Assembly: GCF_008831285.2 (NCBI RefSeq) | Contig: NC_045138.2 | Location: 2,976,001-3,040,000 of the forward strand | Length of the DNA: 64,000 nucleotides | Direction of reading: 5' to 3' | From: Nymphaea colorata | Lineage: Eukaryota | Shown here: one piece after another, positions 39,466-53,282 of the stretch | How positions within the stretch are numbered: position 1 is the stretch's first letter | Layout: each line of letters starts with the position of its first letter | Position numbers and translations under genes: made by a program | Notes under the pieces: model-generated | What the model was told of the DNA's origin: nothing | Seen by the model: only the letters and a program-made list of their open reading frames with translations | Databases searched by the model: none

Positions 39466-40835
39466 CGTAGGAGGGCACAAACCGCTGGGCTTCTTTTCGT
39501 CAAAACCTTTTTCTGTCTCTGACTTCAGATCCATGTGCTTTCTGGTCAATTGAGCGAGAGCAAAGCTCCACCGCGAAACCGCCACACCGGTAGACGTTAA
39601 TTCGTCGACAGTTAAGCCGCGTGGGTCCCGCATCGAGTTTAGAGACAGAGTCAGCCGTTCATCGTAGAATCCAAGGGCTACGATTCCCGCAAATCACGGC
39701 CGTCAAATTTTGGACCGTTCCTGCGCTTTTCCGCGCCGTCTGTGTCGCTGTTTCGTTCTTGTGATTGGCTTCGCCGATCGGCGGCAGTCAAGACTTTCTG
39801 CGACGGTTTGGTGGACGAAAAAGGCCCCAAGTTCTTTCTCAAAGACGAAAGCAGACCAAGCGATTAATGTACTCGGGCAGATTCTTGCATTGAATGAAGA
39901 GATAGTCCAAGTTCTTGGAGGAAGGTGAAATAATAATTAAAAAAATCATATGGGATAATTAATCCCTTTTGAGATGATATTATTTATATTTTAAAAATGG
40001 ACATGTTACACTTTTAATTTCTCAAAAGATTCCCTATACGGCGATTCTGGTGTTATGGGGTGCTTTTTCGCGCCCCCCTACGGACATGCACGCACCATGC
40101 ATGTTCATTCATATGGGGAGCGTGGAAGACAACATAGTTGTTGGTTTAGAGATTTTTATATTGTAAATGATGAATGTAAAACATTTTTATTTAATAATTT
40201 TTTATAGAAATGTGGTTATTATTAAAAATTTAAAAAATCACAAAAAATAGTGTTCTTTTCAAAATTATAAACAAAATGATAAGCAAAAAAATAAATTTCT
40301 TTTAAGAGGTCAGTTGATGTCTTACCAATCTACATGCCCCCAGTATTTCATAAATAAAAAAAAATTAAGAATATATGAACATCAATAATTTAGAGTTCTT
40401 ACTCGAACATGTAAGGGGTCTTTTTGTCATTCAATTAGTTGAAGAGTTAGAACAAAGACAAGAAAAGAAGAGAGAAAAGTGGACCCTTTTCCCAATGATA
40501 AGAAGTAAAAGACAAGGGGCCTTACAAACTAAACTGCTGAGAAAAGGGGCCCCATGACCTCAACCAACAAAACTAGCCGTTACCCACGTCCATGTCATCA
40601 CTGCCCTCCAGATTTAGGGCCACACCTTTAACCAACCTCCCCTCTAGGGTCCATGGGAGCTCTCACTCTACCCCATGTTTTTCTCTCACTACCAACAAAA
40701 AGCCCCTAGCTCTAAGGCCGTCTTCATCAACCACAGCCCCTAAATTCCCTAATTCTAGCCATGACTCCATCTTTTACACCGAAAGAAACTCCATTAAACC
40801 TGCAACCTTTTCCTATTTATGGAAACTTCCCTTCC

Positions 40836-40842
40836 TATAAAT
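40836..40842 (+). promoter_or_regulatory. TATA box of mannanase gene
   Basis: CTATAAAT about 50 nt upstream of ATG 40889. Confidence 0.65.
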
Positions 40843-40888
40843 CACTCCCAGTCTTCTTCTTCTTCCACTGCAACCACAACTCCAAATC

Positions 40889-43800
40889 ATGGCTTCTTCC
40901 GTTAGAAGAGGTGTCCTACACGTCTTGCTAGTGCTTGGCCTCTTGGTTGGTGTAGCACATGGTAGGAGGGTGCACCATGTCAAGGGCTTTGTTAGGACCC
41001 ATGGGACGAGTTTCACCCTCAATGGCTCCCCTTTCCTGTTCAATGGGTTCAATGCCTACTGGATGATGCATGTTGCTGCTGAGCCCAGTGAGAGGGAGAA
41101 GGTGTCCAGTGTGCTCCAACAGGCTGCTGCTGCTAGCATGACTGTTGCCCGGACTTGGGCCTTTGCCGACGGCGGCGACCGGGCTCTTCAAACCTCGCCG
41201 GGCGTATACGATGAACGCGTCTTCCAGGTTCAATTATCTTGATCTAGCTTGTTTGTTATATATCTCTCTTTCTCTCAATCTCTTTTTCAAATGAATGATT
41301 TCAAATGCTCATTCATTTTGGTGCACAAACACATTGGATCTGGAGCGACTGAATGCGTACCGGATTTGGATCTGGTTCAGTTCATGCCCAGAACTACAAA
41401 ATCCTGAACCTGGATCCGATCCTTTTCAAGCTGCCATGGCATGGTTTTCAACACGAACAAGTTCACAAACTTGATTGATACTCTCCATATTCATGGCATT
41501 GTTCACGAACTTACAGAAAGTATGCTCACGAACATGTACGTGTGGCTGTGCCTTTTAAAGTATCATGACATTCTCAAAATTCTCATATAATACAAAAAAA
41601 AAAAGTTATGAATTTTCCATTTCAAAAGCATATACTTATTTTTGGCTTCTTCTTTTAAGGGTGAATAATTCATTCTAATGTCTCTAAGAGAGGCAATTAT
41701 TCCTCGTACCCTGAAACATGATAATGACCACTTCAGGGTTCAAACACAAGTCTTTTTAAGAGGTGGACCTTCTTGCCATTCAGTCATATACTTTGTCAGG
41801 ATGCACCTTGCTGCTCATAGTGTTCTTCTAGTGTTCTTCCATGTTTTTGAAGAACAAAAAATATTTCTTTGAAATCCCATGAAACTTTCTCAAGCAAGAT
41901 ATCCAAAATTACATGTTCATGAGCACATCCATCAGGCACCATATTTCATTTTCTTCCTTTTTTGGCCTAACACTTGCTTTATTAACAAATGAAGGGCCTA
42001 GATTTCGTGATCTCTGAAGCAAGGAAGAATGGCATCCGTTTGATTCTAAGCCTTGTCAATAATTACAAGGACTTTGGAGGGAGGCCACAGTATGTGCAGT
42101 GGGCTAGAAATGCAGGCGTCCAGATCAATGGAGATGATGATTTCTACACAAATCCTGTGGTTAAGGGCTACTACAAAGCCCATGTCATGGTAATGATGCA
42201 TGCCATAATATAATATGCATAACTGTGAGGGATGGTCCATCCAATGCTATGCATGTTGTTTAGATAGTGTCTTTCCATGACATACATATACCATGCACGG
42301 AAGACCATAAGCAGTTTGATTGGTTTCTTACTCTTAATGCATGGATATGTGAATGGTCCAAGATCATCTTCATGCATGCATCTAAATGAGAGTGCCATGC
42401 ACATGACCATATATATAATATCTTCATGTATGTATATACAAGAAAGATCAATATCCTTCCATGACAGACATATACCATGCATGGAAGACCACTGCTAGTT
42501 TGATTGGTTTCTTACTTTCAATGCATGGATATGTGAATGGTCCAAGATCATCTTCACGTATGCACATGATCATAGAACATCTTCATGTATGTATATACGT
42601 AAGCATGCATGTGTTGTATGATAACTTACGAAGAACCTGAATATTTGTGATGCAGAGAGTGTTAACAAGGGTCAACACGATCACCAACATTCAATACCGA
42701 GATGATCCAACGATAATGGCATGGGAGCTCATGAATGAGCCCCGCTGCGAGTCCGACTACTCCGGCCGGACGGTGCAGGTTAGTATAAGTTTCATCAAAT
42801 ACACTAGGTCTACACTCGGAGATGTCCGCATATTTTTTTTGGCTGAAAATTTTATGATGAAAAAATAAGAAGATAGAAATGAATTTAATAAAAACTTTCT
42901 AAAAAAAATTTGTTTATTTTCAACATAACTTTATTCTTAACATGGTAATGTAATGATAATTTTGCTTGGCCTTCTATCACATACATGTATATATCATAGC
43001 CACAAATATCTTTTTCAGGTTATATGTATAAAGCAGCAAAAATGTTTTTTACGAGAAAAATGAGAAAATTTAGATAGATTTTAAATAAATAATCTTTCGG
43101 TGATTATAAGAAAGGTGGCCAAAGTCTTAAAATTATAATGTAAAAATATAAAAATAAAAATTTGGTAGCTAAAAATCGCAAATAAAATATGTTCTTTTTT
43201 CGTTTTGACTTTTTTTTAAAAATAAAAATACGCGTTCTTTCCCGTTTTATTCGGCTGGCTGACCAGTTTTTAATGTTTTAAACACTTTTTTTTTTTTGAA
43301 TAATACACGTTTTATGTGGGTATATATGTCTAAACCAACTCCAAGCTTTCTATGGTTTCACCAGATGTTACAAATTCTGCAGTTTGAGAACTTGGTCGTG
43401 TTTTTCAACGAAGCCCAAACACAAACATGAGGTTCTTAATTATAAATTTGGTCAGTTGTCACAAGATGGAAAGGTAAACCTGCAACTTAATTTCTCTAAT
43501 CCTTTGTTAATTCCTTTCAACAAACCAGGGCTGGGTTGAAGAGATGGCTGGTTACGTGAAGTCCCTGGACAGGAAGCACTTGCTGGAGATAGGGATGGAA
43601 GGCTTTTACGGCGACTCGATGCCGGAGAAGAAAGTGAACAACCCTGGTTATCAAGTCGGAACAGATTTTATCAGCAGTAACCTTATCAGGAATATCGACT
43701 TCGCCACCATACACGCTTATCCTGATATTTGGTACGTACACATATCCGGCACCAGAACTTTAGAACTTCACCGATCTAACGATCTTCCCATGAATGGCCG

Positions 43801-44629
43801 ACAACGACAAGGGTCACCGGAGTTTGATTTTTTTTTCCTTTCCTTTAATGATGAATGGTTCCACCGCCTTTAGTCTTATGTACCCATTACCCCTAGGTTT
43901 CATTAGTCTTTATATACCCATTACCCCTAGGTTTCATAGAGTATGCTTCGAGACCTATTATAATTCGGCAATAAGTGCACTGGGTTAAAACAACAACAAC
44001 TAAATTTGACTACAACTCCTTTTTAAGGTGGACCACCTTGCTGTCTAGTATGTTACAACTCATTTAGGTAACCGGAGATAGATCTTTCTCATTCCATTTG
44101 CGGCTACATATAACAAAGAACTCATTTATTGCTAAGTTTCCATGTTATAAGTTTCCAATATATATATAGTTAATGAACTCACAAGCGGCCGATCTTATAT
44201 GGGTGGCATGAAAACAGGTTATCTGGCCAAAATGATGCTGCCCAATTAGCATTCTTGGAGAGGTGGGTGTCAAGCCACTGGAAAGATTCAAAGAGGATAC
44301 TGAAGAAGCCACTGGTTTTCGCCGAGTTCGGCAAGTCGAACCGCGACGGCGGCTACACTCCGGCGATCAGAGATCTGTTCCTGAGCACCATATACAGGAA
44401 CATATATACCTTTGCTAGGAGGGGAGGGACAATTGCTGGTGGGCTTGTTTGGCAGATCATGGCTCAGGGAATGGAGCCCTACTATGATGGCTATGAGATA
44501 GTCCTTCCTCAGGACTCCAACACCCAGTGGCTGATCTCCAGGCAGTCACACATGATGCTATCCCTTGAGCGTGCCATGAGAAACGCTCAGGCAGAAGAAA
44601 AGCACAGGCTACAAGATGCACTGCCTTGA
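40889..44629 (+). CDS. MAN: Mannan endo-1,4-beta-mannosidase (glycoside hydrolase family 5), secreted
   Basis: Exons 40889-41227, 41995-42189, 42656-42778, 43529-43731, 44218-44629. Signal peptide, [28 protein letters not shown] (acid/base Glu), EGFYG, HAYPDIW, AEFGKS (nucleophile Glu), GGLVWQ. Confidence 0.95.
42271..42598. repeat. Approx. 185-bp tandem duplication in mannanase intron 2
   Basis: TTCCATGACA.ACATATACCATGCA.GGAAGACCA...AGTTTGATTGGTTTCTTACT...ATGCATGGATATGTGAATGGTCCAAGATCATCTTCA occurs from about 42272 and about 42457. Confidence 0.9.
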
Positions 44630-47600
44630 GAAGTACTTTCAGTTTGAGAATGAAAACCTCAGCTGGGCATTGAACTCTTGGCCTTCTTCAACTCAAATGT
44701 CTTAGTCGAACCCGCAGCAAGGTGGGTATGCCTTGTTGTGAATTTTGATTAGGTTTTCTTTTCTTTTTTTTTTGGTTTCTTTTCAAGGATCTATAGAGTA
44801 CATCCAATTGAGGCATCAGGTTTTGATAAAGAAGTCTCAATTCCTAATTTAGGGCCCTCAAGACTAGCTCAATTTTCTCATTTATTAGGTTTCTTTGTTG
44901 TTTCCAGTGAGAAATATAATACTGCAGGAAAGTCCGGCCGTTTCTAGCCGGGTGCGAGATCGACGTGTAGTTCGATCATTTGTTAGAGATTTAGGATTTG
45001 TTAGAGATTTAGCTGGATTATGTTGGAAATATTGGAGTAAATCAAAGTTTAAGAATGTAAAGTTTGGTATCTTTCCTTAGTTCAAGCAGCTCAAGGACAA
45101 TGATCACATGATATAGATGCATATAGGAAAGTAGCTTTGCCCCTTGCGTATCTCGTTTTGGTTCTGTCTTTTTTTTGGGGTAGAGAAATAAAAGGCATTT
45201 CATATGAACATGTCATTGTCTCCTTGGTGTGAAGAAAGAGAGAAATGATTGAAATCTGGAAAAGGCTTCCTTCATGGACTCTCTCTCTCTCTCTTTCTCT
45301 AAAAAAAAAGTAGCCTCTTAAATTCCCAGCCATAATTATGGAAAAGTAGAAGCACAATCATATGAATTTGAAAAAGGTTCTTCAATGCCATGACAACCTA
45401 ACTCACTCTCACATGGATCTCGAACTCTTTGTTAGGTGGATTACAACCTGAACCAGGACAATTAATCACTTAGTCAATATCTTTATAAACATTTAAAGCG
45501 TGTTAAAAATCTTTAAGATGGAACTCAATTTTTTTTTTTTATAATTGGAATATCTTCCTCTTTCATTTCTCAGTTATAATTCTGAAATTTTTGATGCACT
45601 TTCAATTCTCAACCATGATTATAAAAAATTAGAAGCATAGCATCTCTAACACAACTACCATTTTCAATTCTCAACCATAGTTATGAAAATTGAAGCATTG
45701 TGATGTCGTATACATACAGTATGAAAAGAAAAAAGAAAAGGAAAAAAACATGGGAGTCCGTCGGCATCAAGATTCTGGATCTATTAGATATATCCGTTGA
45801 TGCTGGTATAAAAATAGCCACAGACAAGACAAAAAATCAGAGAACTATGAACGCAATTTTGGCATCTTTAACGTCAAACCCATACGCTAGATCTCCTTTG
45901 GTCCTCGTTTAGACAAATTTTTTCTAACCAACTCACAACTTTGTAGAGTTTGTTCATGCTTCATTTATAAGAAAACACATAAGCTAAGAGTCTAAGATCA
46001 GTTGCCAACTTGGTTGCTTAAAGGACGACTTTTACTGACAGGTAGGCCCAGCAAGTAAATGATCACTGTCGGCAAGCCTCTACCCCGATCTATTTGATGG
46101 AAAGGTTTCTAAAGAATCGGCAACCGGTTTTTAGCAAAGTTTCCTCCTTGAAGCTATAAATGACCTTAAATTCTGATTTCTCTGTATAGTTGAAGATATT
46201 GTTTTTTTCTCTTTTTATCTTTTGGGTAGAACTAACCTTGTGAAATCAGTGTTCGACCCGAAAACATTATTATGTTCATTTCTTGAAGAAAATGAGCCGG
46301 AAAAATACAAGAAAACCTTCAAAATATAAAAAAATGAATCAAATCAGTTTCACAACAATCCGACTCAAATTGGCCTATTCAGACAGAGGATCAAAAATTG
46401 AATATGGGTGTTCCTGAAACGCGCTGGAATGGGAGAGCAGGGCGTTTGAGAAACGCATTTTCCTGAGGTCTAACACAACCAAGATACTCGGTGGTCACTT
46501 TAGTGATAAAAAACAAAGGCTAAAGCTTCGCATGGAAAGAATATGCTTCTTTCACCACGCCATGAATCAGAGCACATGGCAGCACGAACCTGCAAGCCAA
46601 GAATATGTTCAGTGAAGTTGCTCTGTACGGTGGAAGGATATGAAGAAAAAACGGGGAGAGACAGAGACGGCAAGGACAAGAAAGCATCGAATCATATTGC
46701 TTTGGCTTGGCCTGCATCTTTAGATGAACTAATGGAGATTCCACCACTAAAAAGGGGCGTGCATCAGGCAAAGCCTCAAGCACCCCAAGAAACCTCCACA
46801 AAAACAATAAGGAGAATCCTCAAAGGAAACTCTCAGTTCAAATCGAAGCAATAAAATTAATCCCCAATTATACTTTCCTGTTTTTCTCTTGTTGAGCACT
46901 TGTTACTGCCTATGGACACAAACCTCCATCACCATTCACCAAGACGAAGTTTGAGAAAAACTGACTGGAGCTCTAAAGGGTGAAAGGCCGCTCGAATGTT
47001 TGAAAAAAGAGTTAGCTGGTTCTCCCCAAAATGCATCGGCAATCGAGGCAAGTGCAGCAGTGAGTAATAAATATATCCGAGATTAAAAAAGAAAAAAAAA
47101 GAACGGCTGTCAGACAATGGGAGATGAGCTTCATCATCGAGAGGGAAACAGCCTTAAACCACCAAGCTATATGATCGCTCACCACACTGCCCTTTCCGAG
47201 ATTGACTGGTTTCAGTTTGTAAGCTCAGTGGGCTTAAAAACATATATAATGCAATTCGCTTCGGCCAGCAGACACGAGGTCTTTACACCCAATGAATAAT
47301 CAGCACTTGTAGTCAAAGTAAGCCAACTGAACTTTGTACGCAGCAGTGGCAATTCATGCAGGGAGAAGAAAAGGAAGATAAAAAGAAAGCCATCACCTTA
47401 CCACTTGTTCCTTATCCACAAGTATGTTCCCTATTTTATGACCGTAAGGTCTCAAGTTTGATAAGTAGTCGCTCAACAACTTTTAGTTGAGGAAACAGAC
47501 AAGCACTAAAGTGTCACTGCTGAACACTACATTTCACCATCACAACCACAGCCAAACCAGATATATTACAAAGATAAGAAAGCACCAAAAGTCGTAGACA

Positions 47601-47759
47601 TGTCCCTTAGTACAAATGCAATTTGCTGATGAAAGCATCCTTTCCATTTCTATTTAATTACTGACTACTACCTTTGGCAACAAGTACAATCAGATGAGGG
47701 AAAAAAATTCACCGTGTAAAATGCTTGTCTATGTTGCCGAAGCTGTAGCACAAAGTATC

Positions 47760-50718
47760 TTATCTCAATCCAATCACTGGCCATGGAGATACACCTGAAG
47801 GCAGCAGTGATGATCGGATGGCAGGGACTCGCCTTACTACAGAAAATGCTTCATTGAGTCGTGCTGCTTGTACCATAAACTGAGAAACCTTCTGCTGAAA
47901 AAAAAATCATGCCCTCATCAAATCATTATACACACAATCATTAATATTGCAAATCAACTAAGCAATTGAATCCTTCCAGTGCATGTCTATCTTTTTGTGC
48001 CTTTGGAAGTTCAAAATGGGTAAGAATGTGACTAATCTCAAGTGAACTGAACTGAAAGGAAGAGATAGCAAGCAAAGCAAGGGATTGCAGAACTGAACCG
48101 AAATTTTACAAGCACAGCCAGGAGAAACGGAAGAAAAAAGATTTCTCAACCACATTGCTTATATGTTGTGTTTCTGAGCAAGTAAAATATTACTAGGTTT
48201 AAACAGACACACAAGAAAAGCATGTGTCATCCATCAGGTGCCACATCTTAGTTAAAGGAAGTCACGGGAGTAACTAATTTTGTCTTCCTAGTGATAATCA
48301 TAAAAAAGGAAACCATATAACAACACTAAGATGGACCGGACCATGGGTTGTTCATGCACATGAGCAGAAGCGATTGGGTTCATGCATATAACTTGCATTA
48401 CCGATTCACCTCATTCAAGTGTCATCAATAGGATCCTAATGACTGCCTCACTACACTGGTCATTAATATTGAACCCAATTAATTTACATAAATATATCGT
48501 TACAAATTTTCACAAGACACAGTTGGAACATCCAGCAAGTAAGAAATTTTGATAATTGGATACCTGTACTTTTTCAAGATAATAAAATTTCTCATATTCT
48601 AAGATTTGGTCAGAACTATAAGATAAATGAAGTTGATCTAAATGTTGATACTTGAGAAAAAAATTTCCACATTCAACCAACACAATAAGCTATAGCTATG
48701 TTACTACCAGGTAAGCTCCAACATTGAACACCAATAATGAAAATATGATTTAGTTTTCAGGCTAGCATGTGAATACCATGAATGCATATGAGACAAGGCA
48801 GGAGAAGGTAAACGACGAGAAATTAAAGAGTGAAAGAAAGATAAAGGACAGGTTTGTTTCCAATAATAGAAAATGCCACAAAGTAGCAAGATTTTAAACA
48901 TATGAAGAAGGAAGCTAGACGCTGTTGTACACAACGATGTTTTGCATATGTAACCAAAAAAAAAAAAGGCCAAGTTACAGAGCAAAGTAGCCAAAAGTAC
49001 AAAAATAGTAAGCAACAGAACTACTAATTAAATAGGCCACTCTAACCAAGAACAGTGTCAGATATAGTATTGTTTCATGTTTCAGCAGCATTTTCATAGA
49101 TGAATCGCCGACACATTGACATTCTACAGACTACAGCACAACGTGGCCAGGCACTGCCAGTGAAAGGAAGGGATTTTGTTTCATCAATGTGACGAAGCAT
49201 GTAAATCACAAACTACAGTAACAGGTCTAATTTCAGTCTTCCATGCTTGATTGTCTGAGGATAATGCAAGGTTGCCTAAAGAGTTCTCGGTGTCATCCAG
49301 GGTCCAATATAATATAAAATTCACAACAGGTACCAATTTCTATGTATATATGCCAATAATGTAAGTGGATAAAGCGTCTAGCATCAAATGAGATAAAGTT
49401 AAGAAAATCTTATACAAGGGAACACAACGAACTGTAAGATCTGAATAGCACACATGTTATTGCCTTATCTGCTTGAGCTGCGTTTTAATGGACACATTCT
49501 GTACGAGTGGTATTTCTAGAAGGGTGTGCAAAGTGGCGATGAACACAGAGAGAAATAGTAAATAAGGAGAATTTGCAAGTTGCAGCGTCCGCCAAGCAGA
49601 GAAAATGGAAGTAAGACCAACACAAGCGTCTGAAAACAACTTATTTTATAACTTAAAAAGGAAGAAAAGTTCTTCACATGATGATACCCTGTGTGGTGAC
49701 TCTAGTCTCATCATGCGATCCACGTTCGAAATTTCTGAAACAAATACTTCAGAACAGATAAACAACAGACGACTCCCAATACAACATTCCTCACAACTCG
49801 AGTAAACCCAGAAAGCCATAAGACGAACAGTTTTCTTCCAGCAAGTTAAAGGAACGAAAAAGAAGCACATGGTCATAATCAAATACTGAAACAAGAATAC
49901 TGATGAATCAAGACACTTCCATTAGAACCTCACCAGTGCAAACACATAAGAGATCAAATCAACCAATCTCAAATCTATGAAAAGCCAACGATGCCCAGAA
50001 GACCAAAGGTGCGTTGAAGTACCTCACTAGAAAGGAGAAAAGTCGTTACCTTATCCTCAACGCAGACCTTGATTGAACTCTGAGCCTTGCGTTTAGCTTT
50101 GTACCATCTTCTTCCGAGTATAAGAACTCCCATCGCTACAACACCGACGGAGAGTGACCAGAACGGGCTCGACCTCAAGACAAAAACTTTCATGAGTTCG
50201 AAGGAGACTCTCCACCAGGACCTCACCTTGCTTTCCCGTCCAACAACTCGGAACTCTTTCTCTTCGAGGCCTCCGGGTTCCAACCCGCTTCCGACCTCCT
50301 TACTTTCCTCGTTGCAACCAGCGACCGCTTCGACCTCCATCCTTTCCGGCTCGAAAACATGATTTTCCGGCAGGGAATCGCCGGACTCGGACGATTTCTC
50401 TGGCTTCTCTTCCTCCGATTCATCCATTTCCACGACCCTCTCCCTGAGGCAAGACTCCAAACAAGGATCGACCCACATGGGATCGTCGGGCTCTGGGTCA
50501 GCTCCCGAAGTATCTCCCTCGGAGGCCTCCTGAACCCCCAAGAAATTGACGGCGGGGTCGGAAGAGAAATACAAGGGTTTGATTATACCATGAGAATCGT
50601 CTTCAACGAACCCCGAGTTCTGATGATCTTGGGGTTCATGGGGAGGGGATGCAATACAGCGGTCGTGACTTGGAAGGATTTCCCAATCCGGGAAATCCCC
50701 TTCAGGTAGATCGTCCAT
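47760..50718 (-). CDS. Uncharacterised plant single-pass membrane protein (acidic N-terminus with DWEIL; conserved C-terminal AARLNEAFSVVRRVP)
   Basis: Exon 1 50718-50050 (ends EDK|GTAACG). Exon 2 47891-47760 (CAG|KVSQFMVQAARLNEAFSVVRRVPAIRSSLLPSGVSPWPVIGLR*). Hydrophobic stretch FWSLSVGVVAMGVLILG followed by RRWYKAKRK. Confidence 0.85.
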
Positions 50719-52862
50719 GGCGGTTAAGCGAATGAACCGGGGGAGGAAAGAGATTCCAGCAGAGTACGCTCAGACACCAACCATTAAATGAGACGAAGGT
50801 CTCCGAACTAAACATTTCCTTTTTAATTTCTTCCATTTTCTAATTTCTATTACAATTAAAAAGAGAAAAATAACAAGAAGGAGCCCAACGTTTCCATCGA
50901 ATAACAAGTGGGCGCCTAAAATTTTACATAAAACAAATGGGCGCCTATCTTTTCCCATAAACCCACGTACAACCGCCTTTTGAGAAAATAGTAAAACAAA
51001 TTTAGCCCTTTAAGTCAAAATTTTCTTTACGAAGTTAAAAAGTATTTGAAGAGTTATGAATTGGGTTATTATTTTCAATAATTGTGAAAAAAAATACCTT
51101 TGTTTTCTCTTCTTTATTCAACTTTGGTGATGCATTCACAACAACGAACTTTATTGAGAAATAAAGTGAAAAATAGTCCTGCTTAAGGGGAGATTATTTT
51201 TTCAAGAAAAAATTTTCCTTTGATTTGAAATGACGCCAAAAAGAGATGTTTGAATGGCAGAATAAAGTCCCTTTCATGGACTGGACAGACATTCAAAACC
51301 TCCTGCAACAAATACAATGTTTCTTATTTAGAGTATTCTCAAAAAGCCTCACGACTGTTTTATACTTTAAATTGAAGGGAAAATGGTCAGAAAAAGGTGA
51401 ACTTTTGACTTTTTTCACTCGATTTTAACGAAACTCCAAGTTTGCAAGCATGCTTTAAATGGTTAATTTTTGTCAAAAACAAAAACAAAGGGATTAAATT
51501 TGTCTAAAACTATGTGCCCAATTGTTAGTGAGAGGTAGTTATAGGCTGATGTGGGCAATTGCCCACACCAACCCACATAATTGTTTTTATTTTTATATGA
51601 TGTTTTACTAATTTTTATTTATTTACATACAAGTGCATCTTAAAGTTTAAAACTTAATGTTCCATACCTAAAATTTTAGAGCTCCACCAGTGTCAGTGCA
51701 AGCCAAGATCCCCGAGAGAATGAAAAATTTGTGGGTTTTATTTTATGATCCGAGTGAGTGATGGGGTCTATCCATTTGGATAGTAAATATACTTCAAGGA
51801 AAAAAAAAACTAAAACCACAAAACCTAAAAAGTTCGTGAAGGCAGATCCATGCTAAAATTCTATTCCAAGAAAAGTATGTTTTCGACATGGAAGCACCTC
51901 AATTGCTGTTTGAAAATATCCTGATACTTAGTTCTTGTGGCCGAGCTACTTGGTGACTGGTGTGGGCAGCTGCCCACAGCAATCTCTTAAAGTTCTTCTA
52001 TTTTTTAAAGTTCCTTTATTTTTAAATATGTTCCTTCTCCCTTCCATGATCCCTTGTTTCGGGTTTAGGGCCGTTTTAAAACTAGAGTGAGAAATCACTT
52101 TTTTTTTTAATCTTTAAAATCCCGATAAATTGTCCATGATTAATAAGATCTGAAAGGGTTCTTTGGATCTAGGCATTTTAAATATGTACCTCTCAGTTTA
52201 ATACCAAAAGGTTTTGATCGTCGTGGCTTCCAGCAAGGGTAGAATCGGATTTCGTGCAATTTTGCATTATAAGAACAAATATCAAGAATACCGTGAATCC
52301 AAAACTATTATTTTTTAAGAACCCTAGAATAACCTTGGCGCTATCAATTTCTATTATTTTATTCCATATATATATACCTTCATTTTATATTTTCCGGCAC
52401 TTTTACAAATTTTTTCTTTGGAAACAATTTAAACATGATATTTTCCATTTTCGATTATGGCAAAATAAGTTGAGGGTCCACCAAATAAACATTAAGAGAA
52501 AACGCAGTACTTATATTGGGATTAAGGGCAAATGGTTGGCGTGCACCAGCAAATTTAGCCTTTTGAAAAAAATAAATAAATGAGTAAATGGCTTACCGGA
52601 GAATAATAAATGAAGATATTAAACAAATCATAAGAGTTGAAAAGGCTGGTCTTCAGACAGATTCTGAGGGCGGGGATTTTTGTGGGCACTAATCAGATAC
52701 AACCTCAGAATGGGATTTTTTTCGCGTTGATTCATTATGTATAAAATATTAAGAAAGATTGACTTTCTTATGAATCTAAACAAATTTTGTAAAAAAAAAA
52801 CATGACACATCAAACACTATATATATAAACAAATTTGGTAAAAAAAAACAGGACACATCAAA

Positions 52863-52866
<4 letters not shown>

Positions 52867-52923
<57 letters not shown>
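52867..52923. repeat. (TA)n microsatellite preceded by a short duplication
   Basis: Visible run; ACACATCAAACACTATATATA occurs at about 52805 and about 52853. Confidence 0.9.
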
Positions 52924-52924
<1 letters not shown>

Positions 52925-53282
52925 GGTGATAAAATAAGAAAATAAAATTTTAAAATATTTAAAAAATTTTGCAAAACTTGACGCATGTCACTCTTAAATC
53001 TGCCACCAAATCAGTTCTGTTTGCTACCGATTCAATTGGAGTCAAAGCCGATTCAGGTGGATCACGATAACACTGTATCCGACTTTATCACGTACAAATC
53101 TCAATTTCACGGCTGTCGGATCTGGGTATAGCATTGGAAAATTATAATCCAAGTCCAAATTCAGCAAAATAAAATCTAATTAGGTTAAATCTGGTATAGG
53201 TAGATCCAATACGGGTCCAAATAGTTCACATCACTATGAGCTAGATTACCTAGGTGGAGGAATTTGAACATTTGCTGACTAT

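Noticed and set aside
46520..46854. Overlapping 95-aa and 103-aa ORFs between the mannanase and membrane-protein genes
   Set aside because: No recognisable motif, splice structure or promoter support.
47519..47712. Possible 3'-UTR intron of the membrane-protein gene (donor G|GTGAAT 47 nt after the stop)
   Set aside because: No confident acceptor can be assigned without transcript data.
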